A stretch of 64,000 nucleotides of DNA, taken from assembly GCA_965222375.1 (NCBI GenBank), contig CBDCTZ010000012.1:480001-544000 (forward strand), written 5' to 3'. Both the position numbers and the translations under genes were made by a program. The notes below the pieces were generated by a model. It saw only the letters and a list, made by a program, of their open reading frames with translations. It had not been told where the DNA came from and did not search any database. Within the stretch, counting starts at the first letter, position 1. Each line of letters starts with the position of its first letter. This document shows, one piece after another, positions 48,511 to 57,821 of this stretch. This DNA comes from Polyangiaceae bacterium (GTDB taxonomy: Bacteria; Myxococcota_A; Polyangia; Polyangiales; Polyangiaceae).

Positions 48511-49103
48511 CACAGGGCGGTTGCTTGCTTGATCGCCGTGACTTGATGCACGACGTGGTACTGCTCGCTGGCGGCTTCAATGGCGTTGGGGTCCGTATTC
48601 GGGTTGCAGACATTGAGGCCGTCTACGGTTCCGCCGAGCCCCTCGCGGACCCAGAACACACGCACTTCTGCTCGAACCAGACCGTTGCCGGCGGTGTCGG
48701 GGTACAGCCAAGACAGGCGGATGTGCGTGCAGTAGCGGGTTTGGGGCAGCTCCGCGTCGGGCACGATGTTGCCGAGGGAGTCGAAGTTGGGTCCGAAGTT
48801 CACGTCCGGGAAGTAGCTAGGGCGGAACCAGACACCAGCGTTGCCCGTGACGTTGACCAACCAGCGCGTCTCCGAAATGTCACTGACACCATTGCGAGGT
48901 GAAGGATGGTTCCAGGCGGACGCGTCCGCCGCGAGCTGTTCGTGCCAGGCCTGAGCGATATGCGTCGCCACAGCCAACTCTTTGGCATGTTGATTGGCCG
49001 CGACCGTGACTTTTTGCATCGCAATGACGCCCGTGACGCCGATGGCGAAGATGGTGACTGCAATCAGCAGCTCGATGAGCGTGTAGCCGCGCAGCGCTCT
49101 CAT
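48510..49103 (-). CDS. pilV: PilV-like minor pilin
   Basis: RG/YTLIELLIAVTIFAIGV; start ATG 49103. Confidence 0.78.
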   Translation of the reverse strand: MRALRGYTLIELLIAVTIFAIGVTGVIAMQKVTVAANQHAKELAVATHIAQAWHEQLAADASAWNHPSPRNGVSDISETRWLVNVTGNAGVWFRPSYFPDVNFGPNFDSLGNIVPDAELPQTRYCTHIRLSWLYPDTAGNGLVRAEVRVFWVREGLGGTVDGLNVCNPNTDPNAIEAASEQYHVVHQVTAIKQATAL

Positions 49104-49780
49104 GGCGTCGCCGCCGGGCCACTGCGGGCGTGACCGTTGGGAAGCACCAACACGGAGCGTGACAGCCCGAGTTGGTTTCCACCGGAGCTGCGGCGAGTCA
49201 GGGTGACTTGCGAAACTCCTGTTAGAGGGGTGAACGCGCCCACCTGGCCGAAGCGCACGAAGGCCCGACCCATGGGAGTGAAGCAGATGTCCATCTGCGG
49301 CTGAACGCCGGCGTTCGCGGGTGGTGGGCCGTTCATGCTCAGGAAGATCGAGGCCCACTCGGTGCGATTCGCAGGATCGAATTGCGTGAGGAGCTTGTTG
49401 TCTGAGTTACCGTTCGCCCAGCTCGACAGCGTGCAGCCTGAGACCGGTAGCTGCGCGCAATTGGGACCTCCCGCCGAATTCCCGCGAACCGCTTCCCGGA
49501 CCTCGACCCGGCCCTGGGGCGATGCCGTGCCATTGAAGCGGACCAGGACGGCGCCGCCTCGCGCCATGGAGCGCATCCGCGCATTTCGATACAGCGCGCC
49601 CACCTCCAGCGCCGCGTTCTGGACCCGGCGGTCCCGGAGCTGGTTCAGTACGGCTGGAATCGCGAGCACCGCCAGAACCGCGATGATGATGACGACCACC
49701 ACCAGCTCCAGCAGGGTGAAGCCCCGCTGCCCCGCAACGCGAGGTCGGATCTGCTCTGCTTGCTGGTTTAGGTACACCAC
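49100..49780 (-). CDS. fimU: FimT/FimU-like minor pilin
   Basis: QRG/FTLLELVVVVIIIAVLAVLAIP; ARMRSM; ICFTPMG. Confidence 0.75.
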   Translation of the reverse strand: MVYLNQQAEQIRPRVAGQRGFTLLELVVVVIIIAVLAVLAIPAVLNQLRDRRVQNAALEVGALYRNARMRSMARGGAVLVRFNGTASPQGRVEVREAVRGNSAGGPNCAQLPVSGCTLSSWANGNSDNKLLTQFDPANRTEWASIFLSMNGPPPANAGVQPQMDICFTPMGRAFVRFGQVGAFTPLTGVSQVTLTRRSSGGNQLGLSRSVLVLPNGHARSGPAATP

Positions 49781-49795
49781 CGAAAGAGTTGGTTC

Positions 49796-49811
49796 AGCAA
49801 GGGTCGTGCCG
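49796..49811 (-). promoter_or_regulatory. sigma54 promoter of the minor-pilin/pilY1 operon
   Basis: Minus strand CGGCACGACCCTTGCT, near-consensus GGCACG-N4-TTGCW. Confidence 0.72.
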
Positions 49812-49985
49812 CGCGGCTTCGGTCGGATTCGCCCAGATTTGCAGGGTTTCTATTGTCCAGGAGGTTTGAGCCCGGCAAGGATTGCGACGCTATGTAATGA
49901 TTGCGGAGCGTTGGCGTCCCGGCCGGCGGGCCGGAAGTCGACTGGACAATTGCCTGATCCCCGGCGCCGTTCTATTCGAACCCGC

Positions 49986-51110
49986 ATGAGGCGTCCGATC
50001 CGTCCGGTCATTCTTGTGACACTTGGCTGTTTGGCTCTTGTCGGCTGTGACAAGAAAGATGGGCTCGACAAGGAGCGAGGGGCGGCCCCGCCCCCGGTAG
50101 CAAGCAGCAAGCCCGGGGCCTGCGCCAGTGGCGGAGGCAAGGTCACGGATTCGACCAGTGCAGCTTTTTTCCCCCGCGTTGCAGGCGGATACTGCGTTGA
50201 TCCGAACGGCGAAACCCGGGCGTTCGGCGAGGGGGCCAGCGGGTCGCTGGAGACGGTCTGCACCGAACTGTTCGATGGGGAGTGTGAGGTCTACAAGGGC
50301 TTCGGACTGCAGCGTGTCGTGACCCTCCGCTACATCGATGGCGGGGGCTCTCCCGGCTCCGTCAACGTCAATCTCAGCCGCTTCGGGTCCAAGGAAGGGG
50401 CCTACGGCTTCTTCACCAAGCGGGTGATCGCAGATGGTGACCCTGTCGAGGTTGCGCCAGCCGCACTGGAAGCTGGCGGGGCGGCCGCATTGGGTACCGG
50501 CATCGCGTACGTCTGGCGCGGGAAGCACGTTGCAGAACTCTCCTACACCAACGAACTCCAGTCGCCCGATGAGCTCAAGCAGAGCAGCAAGAAGATACTG
50601 CCGCCCCTCGGCAAAGGTGTCGGGGACAAGCTCCCCGGCGACAAGGCTTTTCCCAAAGCAGTGGGCTTGCTGCCCACGGAGAAGCGGGTCCGGCTCGGAG
50701 TTGCGTTTGCTTCTCGGGACCTACTGGATGTCTCCGGTGTGGGGCCCGGTGCAGTTGGTTTCTACAAAGACGGCGCCAAGCGCTGGCGCGTGCTCAGCGC
50801 TGAGCGCGCCGATGAAGCCAGTGCGAAAGACGTGCTCAAGTCGTTTAGCAAGCTGGACGGAGCGAAGGGCGTAAAAGGCACTGTCTTCGACGCTGTCAGC
50901 TTTCGCCGCAAGGCAGACGAACAAAGCCCCGCGGTGGCATGGGTGATTGGGCGTCATGGTAACCAACTCTTCGGTGTCGGCGACGAGGAGCACGTTCTCA
51001 GCGCGGATCAAAAAGAGGCGGAAGCCGCGAAGCTGAAACTCAGTGATGAAGAAAAAATGACATTGCTGACATCGTTCATCGACAAGGCCAAGGCGCCGAA
51101 AACACCCTGA
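49986..51110 (+). CDS. Hypothetical lipoprotein (DUF6599-like)
   Basis: ATG 49986, lipobox LVGC; LFDGECEVY..FG, AYGFFT. The upstream part of the 591-aa track ORF is antisense to fimU. Confidence 0.7.
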   Translation: MRRPIRPVILVTLGCLALVGCDKKDGLDKERGAAPPPVASSKPGACASGGGKVTDSTSAAFFPRVAGGYCVDPNGETRAFGEGASGSLETVCTELFDGECEVYKGFGLQRVVTLRYIDGGGSPGSVNVNLSRFGSKEGAYGFFTKRVIADGDPVEVAPAALEAGGAAALGTGIAYVWRGKHVAELSYTNELQSPDELKQSSKKILPPLGKGVGDKLPGDKAFPKAVGLLPTEKRVRLGVAFASRDLLDVSGVGPGAVGFYKDGAKRWRVLSAERADEASAKDVLKSFSKLDGAKGVKGTVFDAVSFRRKADEQSPAVAWVIGRHGNQLFGVGDEEHVLSADQKEAEAAKLKLSDEEKMTLLTSFIDKAKAPKTP

Positions 51111-51245
51111 GCCCACTCGCGCGAGACCGCGCGCAAGTGGTTCAACCTGATTTGTGCCGCAGGAGGGCAACCCCTTGCGGCTGTCGCGGTCGAATTCATG
51201 TTAGGTGGCAGGCAAATAGTTTCTTGCCAGCAAAATAGGTGCACC

Positions 51246-52391
51246 TTGGATTTCGAATTGCCCGAACCCCACCGCATCCTCCGGCAGAGCGTCCGGGAGT
51301 TCTGCGAAAAAGAAGTACGCCCCCACGCACGAGTCTGGGATGCCGAAGAACGATTCCCCCAGGAGCTCGTTCCGAAATTGGCACAGCTCGGACTGCTCGG
51401 GATCCGGATCCCCGAGGAGTACGGCGGAGCCGGAATGGACACCTTGGCGTACGCCATCGCGGTGGAAGAGTGCGCTCGAGTTGACGGTTCTTTGGCACTC
51501 ACTGTCGCGAGTCACAACGGGCTTGGAACGGGACATATTCTCGCGTTTGGCAATGATGAACAAAAACGGCGCTACCTCCCCAAAGCTGCGAGTGGGGAGT
51601 GGCTCGCAGCCTGGGGGTTGACCGAGCCCGGGAGTGGTTCCGACAGTGCGGGCTTGCGAACGACGGCCGTGCGCGACGGTGACGATTGGGTTCTGAACGG
51701 AACCAAGATGTTCATCACTCAGGGTTCCGTCGGCGGCTTTTGCGTCATCTTGGCGCGGACGAACACCAACGTGCCGGCGAATCGCGGTATTACCGCTTTC
51801 ATCGTGGATCGAGGCACCCCAGGCTTTTCGGCTTCGAAGAAGCTCGAGAAGTATGGCTGTCGCTCCAGCGACACCGTCGAGCTCTCCCTCGAAAACGTCC
51901 GAGTACACGACTCGCAGCGTCTCGGGGAGGTGGATTCGGGCTTCTATGACACGATGAAGATCCTCGATCGCGGCCGGGTCTCCATCGCGGCCATGGCTCT
52001 CGGGTTGGGCCGTGGCGCGCTGCACCTCGCTTTGGAATACTCCAAAGAACGCACCGCTTTCGGCAAACCCATTTCTGGCTTCCAGGCCATTCAATGGAAG
52101 CTCGCTGATGCAGCCACGACTCTCGACGCCGCGGAGCTGCTGGTGCAACGCGCTGCAGACCTCTGCGACCGCGGTCAGCCCTACTCCGCTGAGGCGTCCA
52201 TGGCGAAGCTCTTTGCTAGCGAAGCGGCCACTGCAGTCTGCAATGACGCCGTCCAAATCCACGGCGGCTACGGCTACACGCGAGAATACGACGTCGAGCG
52301 ATTCCTCCGTGACGTGAAGATCTGCGAGATCGGGGAGGGGACCAGCGAAATCCAACGCATGGTCATCTCCAAGCATTTGCTGCGAGGCTAG
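51246..52391 (+). CDS. Acyl-CoA dehydrogenase (short/branched-chain type)
   Basis: PEEYGGAG, LTEPGSGSD, NGTKMFIT, R.AFGKPI..FQ, QIHGGYGY, IGEGTSEIQR. Confidence 0.94.
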   Translation: MDFELPEPHRILRQSVREFCEKEVRPHARVWDAEERFPQELVPKLAQLGLLGIRIPEEYGGAGMDTLAYAIAVEECARVDGSLALTVASHNGLGTGHILAFGNDEQKRRYLPKAASGEWLAAWGLTEPGSGSDSAGLRTTAVRDGDDWVLNGTKMFITQGSVGGFCVILARTNTNVPANRGITAFIVDRGTPGFSASKKLEKYGCRSSDTVELSLENVRVHDSQRLGEVDSGFYDTMKILDRGRVSIAAMALGLGRGALHLALEYSKERTAFGKPISGFQAIQWKLADAATTLDAAELLVQRAADLCDRGQPYSAEASMAKLFASEAATAVCNDAVQIHGGYGYTREYDVERFLRDVKICEIGEGTSEIQRMVISKHLLRG

Positions 52392-52512
52392 GGGCTCGGC
52401 GCCGTCGACATGGCGTGTCCCTCCCCCTGAGCGGGCAAGGCCGAAGGCCGCCGCACGCGATTTGGGGGAGGCCGCCCGCCCGCAGCGCCTGAGGCGCGAG
52501 GACGGACGGGGT

Positions 52513-54004
52513 CTCATGATTGATCACTTTTTCTGGATGGAATCGAAGGCCATGTGCCACCCAGCTTTCAGGAGCAGAAGCTTTTCGTAGCCGCGCCCCA
52601 GCGTCATCCAACCCGGTGGCCCGTTGTTCTTGATATGGCCACCCAGCCGGGCAAGTAGGGCGACGGCATCACCTACTGTTCTTGGCGGACGCATGCCGCG
52701 GGTTGCACGGTCTCGTTGGAGCAGTTCGAGACTCACTGCATCAAATGCACTGGCTGCCGGCGCGTTGGAATTCGTTCGGTCCATCGCTCGCAGCCAGAGA
52801 AGCCGGCATGCGATGGGGGCAAGAATTGCCAGGACCTTGCGGAGCGCATCGTAGGACTCCACCTGCCTTCGTTCGAGTGAACAGCCTGTTTTTAGCGCTT
52901 TGAAGTAGTCCTCAATCGTCCATCGCTTGCAATACAGGTCGGCGATTCTTTTGAGCTGCGCTTGGGTTCCTACCGGCTCGGACGTGAGAAGAATCCAATC
53001 AACGGGGTCCTCGCCCGGTGGTGGAGAGACCTCCCATGCACGCACGACATTCAGCTCGAAACTCCCTCCCGCATGGCGCGTGTACCGGGTCTTTCCGAAG
53101 GAAACAGTTGTTCCAGCAATGGCAACACGGGCGGTTCGCGCGTCTCGCGGTGGGTGCTTCTTCCGGCCTTTTGCTCCCTGCGTTTTCACGTTCCGTTTCC
53201 GCTCGCTCAAGAAGACGTCTCGATGTGCAACGGCTTTGAGTCCATCAACCGCTTGGCGTAGGTGGACGAGTTCACCTTCGTCGTGCACGAGGCGCTCCAG
53301 CTGCCCAGCGCGGATGACAAATCGCGAAGATTCGCTCGTCAGCTGCCGCATGAGGTCGAAGAAGTCCGCCTCGGCATCCATGATGTGGATTGCTCGGCCT
53401 CGAAGCGCCTCCGTTTCCGACGCAGTCACGCCACGCAACCATCGTGCCGATTCGCGCGGCTCACCGTCACGCCTTGCGGACCGCTTCTTCTTTCGTTTTC
53501 TCCAAGTCTTCCCGGTGCGTGTGTAAGTCTCGATGTTGCTGATCCCGAGAGGAAGACCACTCGAGGCGCTGATACACAGCGACACATGGGCCATGAATCC
53601 CTGACGACCAAGAGCGGTCGTATATCCTAGCCCTTCGCGCGTTCCCTCTCCCCGAAACTCAACCGTCGTCGTGTCGTGAATGAACAGCACGCCGTCGGAA
53701 GCTTCCGCACGTGCCTGCGTTGCTTTTCGATGCGGCTTCAGAACTGCCTGTCCGTCGAACGCGTCGTTGTTGATAAATCGATAGAAGCCCTCCAATTCGG
53801 CAGTGGATTCGAAGGCACGAGGGAATCCCAGGCCGGGCTGCCGTGCAACCGCGTCAACCACTTGGAGCAACCGGGCAGAACGTCTCGCGTCCCCGAGCTC
53901 CGCGCCTCCAAAGTCTTTTTCAACCCAAGCGATCCGCTTTCCTTCAGCCATTTGAAGCTTTGATCACAGCCCTTTGCGCTTGGCAAGATGTGATAGATCT
54001 TGAG
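52513..54004 (-). mobile_element. Complete IS4-family (IS50/Tn5-like) insertion sequence, 1492 bp
   Basis: Imperfect terminal IRs CTCATGATTGATCACT / CTCAAGATCTATCACA (12/16 match); 10-bp direct repeat CGGACGGGGT at 52503-52512 and 54005-54014. Confidence 0.92.
52524..53951 (-). CDS. IS4-family DDE transposase
   Basis: W...FGGAELGDARR..RL, IHDTT, DAEAD, Y..RWTIEDYFKALKTGC (YREK), ARLGG...PPGW. Confidence 0.95.
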   Translation of the reverse strand: MAEGKRIAWVEKDFGGAELGDARRSARLLQVVDAVARQPGLGFPRAFESTAELEGFYRFINNDAFDGQAVLKPHRKATQARAEASDGVLFIHDTTTVEFRGEGTREGLGYTTALGRQGFMAHVSLCISASSGLPLGISNIETYTRTGKTWRKRKKKRSARRDGEPRESARWLRGVTASETEALRGRAIHIMDAEADFFDLMRQLTSESSRFVIRAGQLERLVHDEGELVHLRQAVDGLKAVAHRDVFLSERKRNVKTQGAKGRKKHPPRDARTARVAIAGTTVSFGKTRYTRHAGGSFELNVVRAWEVSPPPGEDPVDWILLTSEPVGTQAQLKRIADLYCKRWTIEDYFKALKTGCSLERRQVESYDALRKVLAILAPIACRLLWLRAMDRTNSNAPAASAFDAVSLELLQRDRATRGMRPPRTVGDAVALLARLGGHIKNNGPPGWMTLGRGYEKLLLLKAGWHMAFDSIQKK

Positions 54005-54070
54005 CGGACGGGGTGGGGGCACCCCAAACCAAACAACGGAGCGACTTGTCTCACCCTCGCTGGTCGGCGG

Positions 54071-54598
54071 CTATTCCGTTCTTTGAATGATGTGGAAGCC
54101 GAAGGGCGACTCCACGACCTCGCTGATTTCCCCCGGCTCGAGGGAGAAAGCGACGTTTTCGAACTCTCGGATCATCACGCCGCGGGGAAACTTGCCCAGG
54201 CTGCCACCCCGGCCGGGGGCGCCCGGTTCGTCGGAGTATTCTCGAACTAGTTCAGTGAAGTCCTCGCCGCTTTTGGCGCGGGCCAGCGCTTCATCCGCCA
54301 GGGCGCGGGCCTCGTCTTTTCCACGGGTCACGCTCGGGGGCGCCCGCATGCCGCCGCGATACATCACGAGAATGTGGCGCGCGCCGATCTTCTCCGGCGT
54401 CGCATTGGTCGCGCCGCCCCCTTGCAGATCCGATTCCGGCAGGGGTGTACCCAGGGGCGGCCAAATGGGTTTGCTGGCACCCCGGGGCGGCTCACTCACA
54501 GATTCATGAGTCGTGACGACGCAGCCGCCGAGCAGCACGGCAACGCCCAAGCTCAGGAGCGAGACGAAGCGGCGGCGGCGTGCCACTGCCGGGGCCAT
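54071..54598 (-). CDS. Parvulin (PpiC-type) peptidyl-prolyl isomerase, lipoprotein
   Basis: LLGGC lipobox; ARHILV, GEDF.EL..EYSD, GGSLG.F, VESPFGFHII; start is estimated. Confidence 0.88.
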   Translation of the reverse strand: MAPAVARRRRFVSLLSLGVAVLLGGCVVTTHESVSEPPRGASKPIWPPLGTPLPESDLQGGGATNATPEKIGARHILVMYRGGMRAPPSVTRGKDEARALADEALARAKSGEDFTELVREYSDEPGAPGRGGSLGKFPRGVMIREFENVAFSLEPGEISEVVESPFGFHIIQRTE

Positions 54599-54629
54599 GC
54601 CGGCCATCTTGGCTGCATTGGACATCGAT

Positions 54630-55400
54630 TTATTCGGTGCGCTTGATGACGTGATAGCCGAAAGGCGTTTCGACGATCCCCGAGATCCCGCCCACCTTGA
54701 GGGCAAAGGCAGCATCGCTGAAGGGTTTGACCATACGCTCAGGGGTGAACTTGCCCAGCTTTCCGAAGCCGGTCTTGGCACCTGGCTCGTCAGAGTACTC
54801 GGCAGCGAGCTTGTCGAAGTCTGTTCCGGACTTGGCTTTCTTCAGGGCTTCTTCAGCGCGGGTCTTGGCCTCCGCCTTGGTCCGCTTGATGTGCTTTCCG
54901 GCTCGGGCGGAGCCTTCGTATTGAACCAAGACGTGTTGTGCCGAGATGGACGCTGGCTTGTCGCTGGTGTCGACCTCCTTGGTTTCAGTACTGCTTGTTA
55001 CTGCGTCGTCGGCTTTGCCCGTCTTTGGCGAGAAGAATCCAGCTGCACCCATCGCGCCGACGGCGATCAGACCGATCATCACTACCCAAGGTAGCCAGTC
55101 GGGCAGTCCGTCGTCGCTGGGGTCTGCATGTACGGGGCGCCGTGCCGAGGGTTCGTCCTCGTCGTCGTCCTCGTACTCCTCGTCTTCGTACTCGTCGTCG
55201 TCCTCGTCGTCCTCGTACTCGTCATCCTCGTCGGGTGCGTTTTCGCTGTCGTCGTTAGCATTCTCGTCGCCCGCGCTGTCTTCTTCTTCCTCGTCGTCGT
55301 CCTGCTCCGTGTCGAGGTCCGAGTCCTCTTCGTCATTTTTCCACGGCGGATCGGCCTGTGAGTCGCTGCGGTGGGATTTGCCTTTGTTCTTCTTTGCCAT
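54630..55400 (-). CDS. Membrane-anchored parvulin PPIase with an acidic N-terminal tail
   Basis: D/E-rich N-terminus, one TM, AQHVLV, DF.KLA.EYSD, VETPFGYHVI. Confidence 0.88.
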   Translation of the reverse strand: MAKKNKGKSHRSDSQADPPWKNDEEDSDLDTEQDDDEEEEDSAGDENANDDSENAPDEDDEYEDDEDDDEYEDEEYEDDDEDEPSARRPVHADPSDDGLPDWLPWVVMIGLIAVGAMGAAGFFSPKTGKADDAVTSSTETKEVDTSDKPASISAQHVLVQYEGSARAGKHIKRTKAEAKTRAEEALKKAKSGTDFDKLAAEYSDEPGAKTGFGKLGKFTPERMVKPFSDAAFALKVGGISGIVETPFGYHVIKRTE

Positions 55401-55405
55401 CGGGA

Positions 55406-56245
55406 TTACGCTTTCAGTTTTGCCCAAGCGTTCGTAATGACGGGATCCCGCCGGCCGCCCGCGAATGCTGCGATGGATAGCGTGTTCTCGTCAGCTCGAG
55501 ACATCTCCGTCCGGACTGCTTCGCCCGGCCAGACCGGCTTGCGGAACTGCACGCCGAGTTCCAGGAGGCGGTCCGCGTCTCCATCCAACCATTCCTGGGT
55601 CACTGCCCGTGCGACGAATCCGTAGGTCGCGAGGCCGTGGAGAATTGGGCCTTGGGGGAAGCCCACCATCTTCGCAAAGTCGGGATCTGCGTGGAGCGGG
55701 TTCAGGTCACCCGAAAGTCGGTACAGCAGTGCCTGTTCCGGCAACGTGGTTTCTTCCCGAGTCTTGTCTGGATTGTCTTTGGTGACCGATGGGACCTCGC
55801 TCTTTGGAGGAGGCTGCCCGTCGAACCCGCCAGCCCCCCGAAACAGGATCGCCCATTCTGTATCGAAGCAGGGCTCGCCCTTGACCGTGGTCTTCGTCTC
55901 GATCACGACCTGGGCCATCTTCTTCAAGTCGTAGATGCCCTTGATCGTCCCAACCGTGGACAGGGTGCCTTCGCTGGGAATGGGTCGATGGGCGCGCACG
56001 ACCTGTCCGCCGTGGACGACCATTGCTAGATCGCCCTTGGTCTTGGCGAGGACGTCGCCGATCACCGGCAGGACCGGGACCACGGCAAAAGTGGGGTACA
56101 CCTTCGGTCCCTTCGACTCGTAGAGGTAGTCGAGTTCCTCGCGCTTAGCTCCGATCCCCAGCGCGTACAGCACCGTGGTCTTCCAATCGTAGGTGAACTC
56201 GTGGGCCTCGGTTTGGTAGCCCGCGGTAGAGACGTCCAAGCTCAT
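55406..56245 (-). CDS. MaoC-like (R)-enoyl-CoA hydratase, double hot-dog (MFE-2 type)
   Basis: LYALGIGA, VHGGQ, QALLYRLSGDLNPLHADP, PILHGL. Confidence 0.9.
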   Translation of the reverse strand: MSLDVSTAGYQTEAHEFTYDWKTTVLYALGIGAKREELDYLYESKGPKVYPTFAVVPVLPVIGDVLAKTKGDLAMVVHGGQVVRAHRPIPSEGTLSTVGTIKGIYDLKKMAQVVIETKTTVKGEPCFDTEWAILFRGAGGFDGQPPPKSEVPSVTKDNPDKTREETTLPEQALLYRLSGDLNPLHADPDFAKMVGFPQGPILHGLATYGFVARAVTQEWLDGDADRLLELGVQFRKPVWPGEAVRTEMSRADENTLSIAAFAGGRRDPVITNAWAKLKA

Positions 56246-56364
56246 TGTCTGCTCCAATCAGGGGTTCTGGGCCACCGGTTACTGGCCCGCAGGCTTGTCG
56301 TCAATCGCTGAAAAAACCTGGCGGTTGACGCCCGCAGGCCGGCCGGGCGAGCGTTCGAAAAATC

Positions 56365-57093
56365 GTGGCACCCACCGCGCTTTCCATCGCCCTGGACCTT
56401 TTCAACGATTTGGGGATCGACCTGCCTGCCTGGGGCTTGGCCTGGGCACGCACGGCTCCGACGGTCGTGCTGGTTCCCGCATTTGGGCTGCGTGCCATTC
56501 CGCGCCCAGCTCGGGCAGTGCTTGGACTAGCCATCGCGGCAAGCATCGCGCCAGCGATGGTCATCGATCCGGACGCGACCATGCCCTGGGCGCTGAACGC
56601 CGCGTACGAAGCTCTGCGGGGTGTCCCCGTTGCTCTGGGTGCTGCGGCCACGCTATGGGCCGCGAGCCAGGCGGGTGGCTTGGTAGACAATCTACGTGGC
56701 GGGCGCGAGAGCGCCAGCCTGCCCAACGTCGAACCCGGCACCACGCCAACGGGTGCGTTGGTTGCCGTACTGATCGCGATCGCGTTTCTCGAGGGTGGAG
56801 GCGCGTCCAAGGTTGCCGCGGCGTTGATTCGCGCTGACCAAGATCTGCAGCATGCGTATTCTCGAGCGGCCATCACGTTGTTGTCGAGCGTCGAAATCGC
56901 CATCGCGGTTGCGGCGCCAGTCATTGCGGCGTCGATAGTGTTGGAGGTTGCCAGCGCTCTCGTCTCGCGAGCGGCGAGTCCCGCCTATGTGCAGCCGCTG
57001 TTGGCGCCCCTGAAGAGTCTTGTCATCTTGGGCGTTTTCGCGCTGGTGCTCGAGCGTGTGGTCGAACTACTGGCGCTGGCGACGCCGGGCTAA
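56365..57093 (+). CDS. Type III export apparatus SctT/EscT/FliR-family membrane protein (orphan)
   Basis: Hydrophobic; AR...PAFG...P...R, E...G, AGGLVDNLRG, AAP...E...L..R, PLK. Confidence 0.75.
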   Translation: MAPTALSIALDLFNDLGIDLPAWGLAWARTAPTVVLVPAFGLRAIPRPARAVLGLAIAASIAPAMVIDPDATMPWALNAAYEALRGVPVALGAAATLWAASQAGGLVDNLRGGRESASLPNVEPGTTPTGALVAVLIAIAFLEGGGASKVAAALIRADQDLQHAYSRAAITLLSSVEIAIAVAAPVIAASIVLEVASALVSRAASPAYVQPLLAPLKSLVILGVFALVLERVVELLALATPG

Positions 57094-57104
57094 AGGCGCC
57101 TGCG

Positions 57105-57821
57105 CTAGAGCTGCACGCTGTAGGCGACGCTCAACATCACGCTGAACACATCGTTTTGGCCCACGAGCGACGCTTCGTCGCCCAGGGGGTCCGTTTCGGG
57201 GGTTTCCGGAAGGAACCAACTGCCGTAGCGCAAGCCGGTGCCCAGGCTCCAGCGGGGCGCGAACTGGTAGGCACCACCCGCTGCGAGCCCGACCGTATAT
57301 CCCTCACTACGAATCGTGACTCCTCGCGGGCCAACCAGGGCGCGATCACTCTTGCCCTCGCGGGACTCGAAACGGTCACTCACCACCACCAATCCGCTGG
57401 TGATGCCGAGCCAGACCTCGAAGGGATCCACGGAGTAAGGGTAGTATCGAGCGATTGCCTCGACGGTGAAATAACCGCGGGAGTGATCCCGAGATGTGCC
57501 GGGCGGGTCCTGACGCGGGGCGTCCGTCGTCGGCGTGAGACCGAGAGTAGCTCCGGCGCCCACAGCGAAGGTGCGGTGCGCACGATATAGCTGCCAAGCG
57601 TCCAGCTCGAGGCTCGAGTCCCCCTTGGTGCAGCCAGCGATGTCTCGTTCGACGCAGACCTCGGCGGCGGGCAAGACCAACCACCCGAGGCCGACCTCAG
57701 CCATGCCAAGGGGCCGTTCTGGCAGAGGTGCCACGGAGTCGCCGTGGCGGTCCACCTGGGCGTGCGCCGGCAGAGAGAGCGTCGCCACTGCGGCTGCCCA
57801 CACCAGGGTGCGACGCCTCAC
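57105..57821 (-). CDS. Hypothetical outer-membrane beta-barrel-like protein
   Basis: Signal peptide (AHA), amphipathic strands, C-terminal SVAYSVQL; GTGA overlap with the kinase. Confidence 0.65.
   Translation of the reverse strand: MRRRTLVWAAAVATLSLPAHAQVDRHGDSVAPLPERPLGMAEVGLGWLVLPAAEVCVERDIAGCTKGDSSLELDAWQLYRAHRTFAVGAGATLGLTPTTDAPRQDPPGTSRDHSRGYFTVEAIARYYPYSVDPFEVWLGITSGLVVVSDRFESREGKSDRALVGPRGVTIRSEGYTVGLAAGGAYQFAPRWSLGTGLRYGSWFLPETPETDPLGDEASLVGQNDVFSVMLSVAYSVQL

Noticed and set aside
49335..49985. N-terminal 217 aa of the 591-aa track ORF
   Set aside because: Largely antisense to fimU and its promoter; the signal peptide and lipobox begin at ATG 49986.
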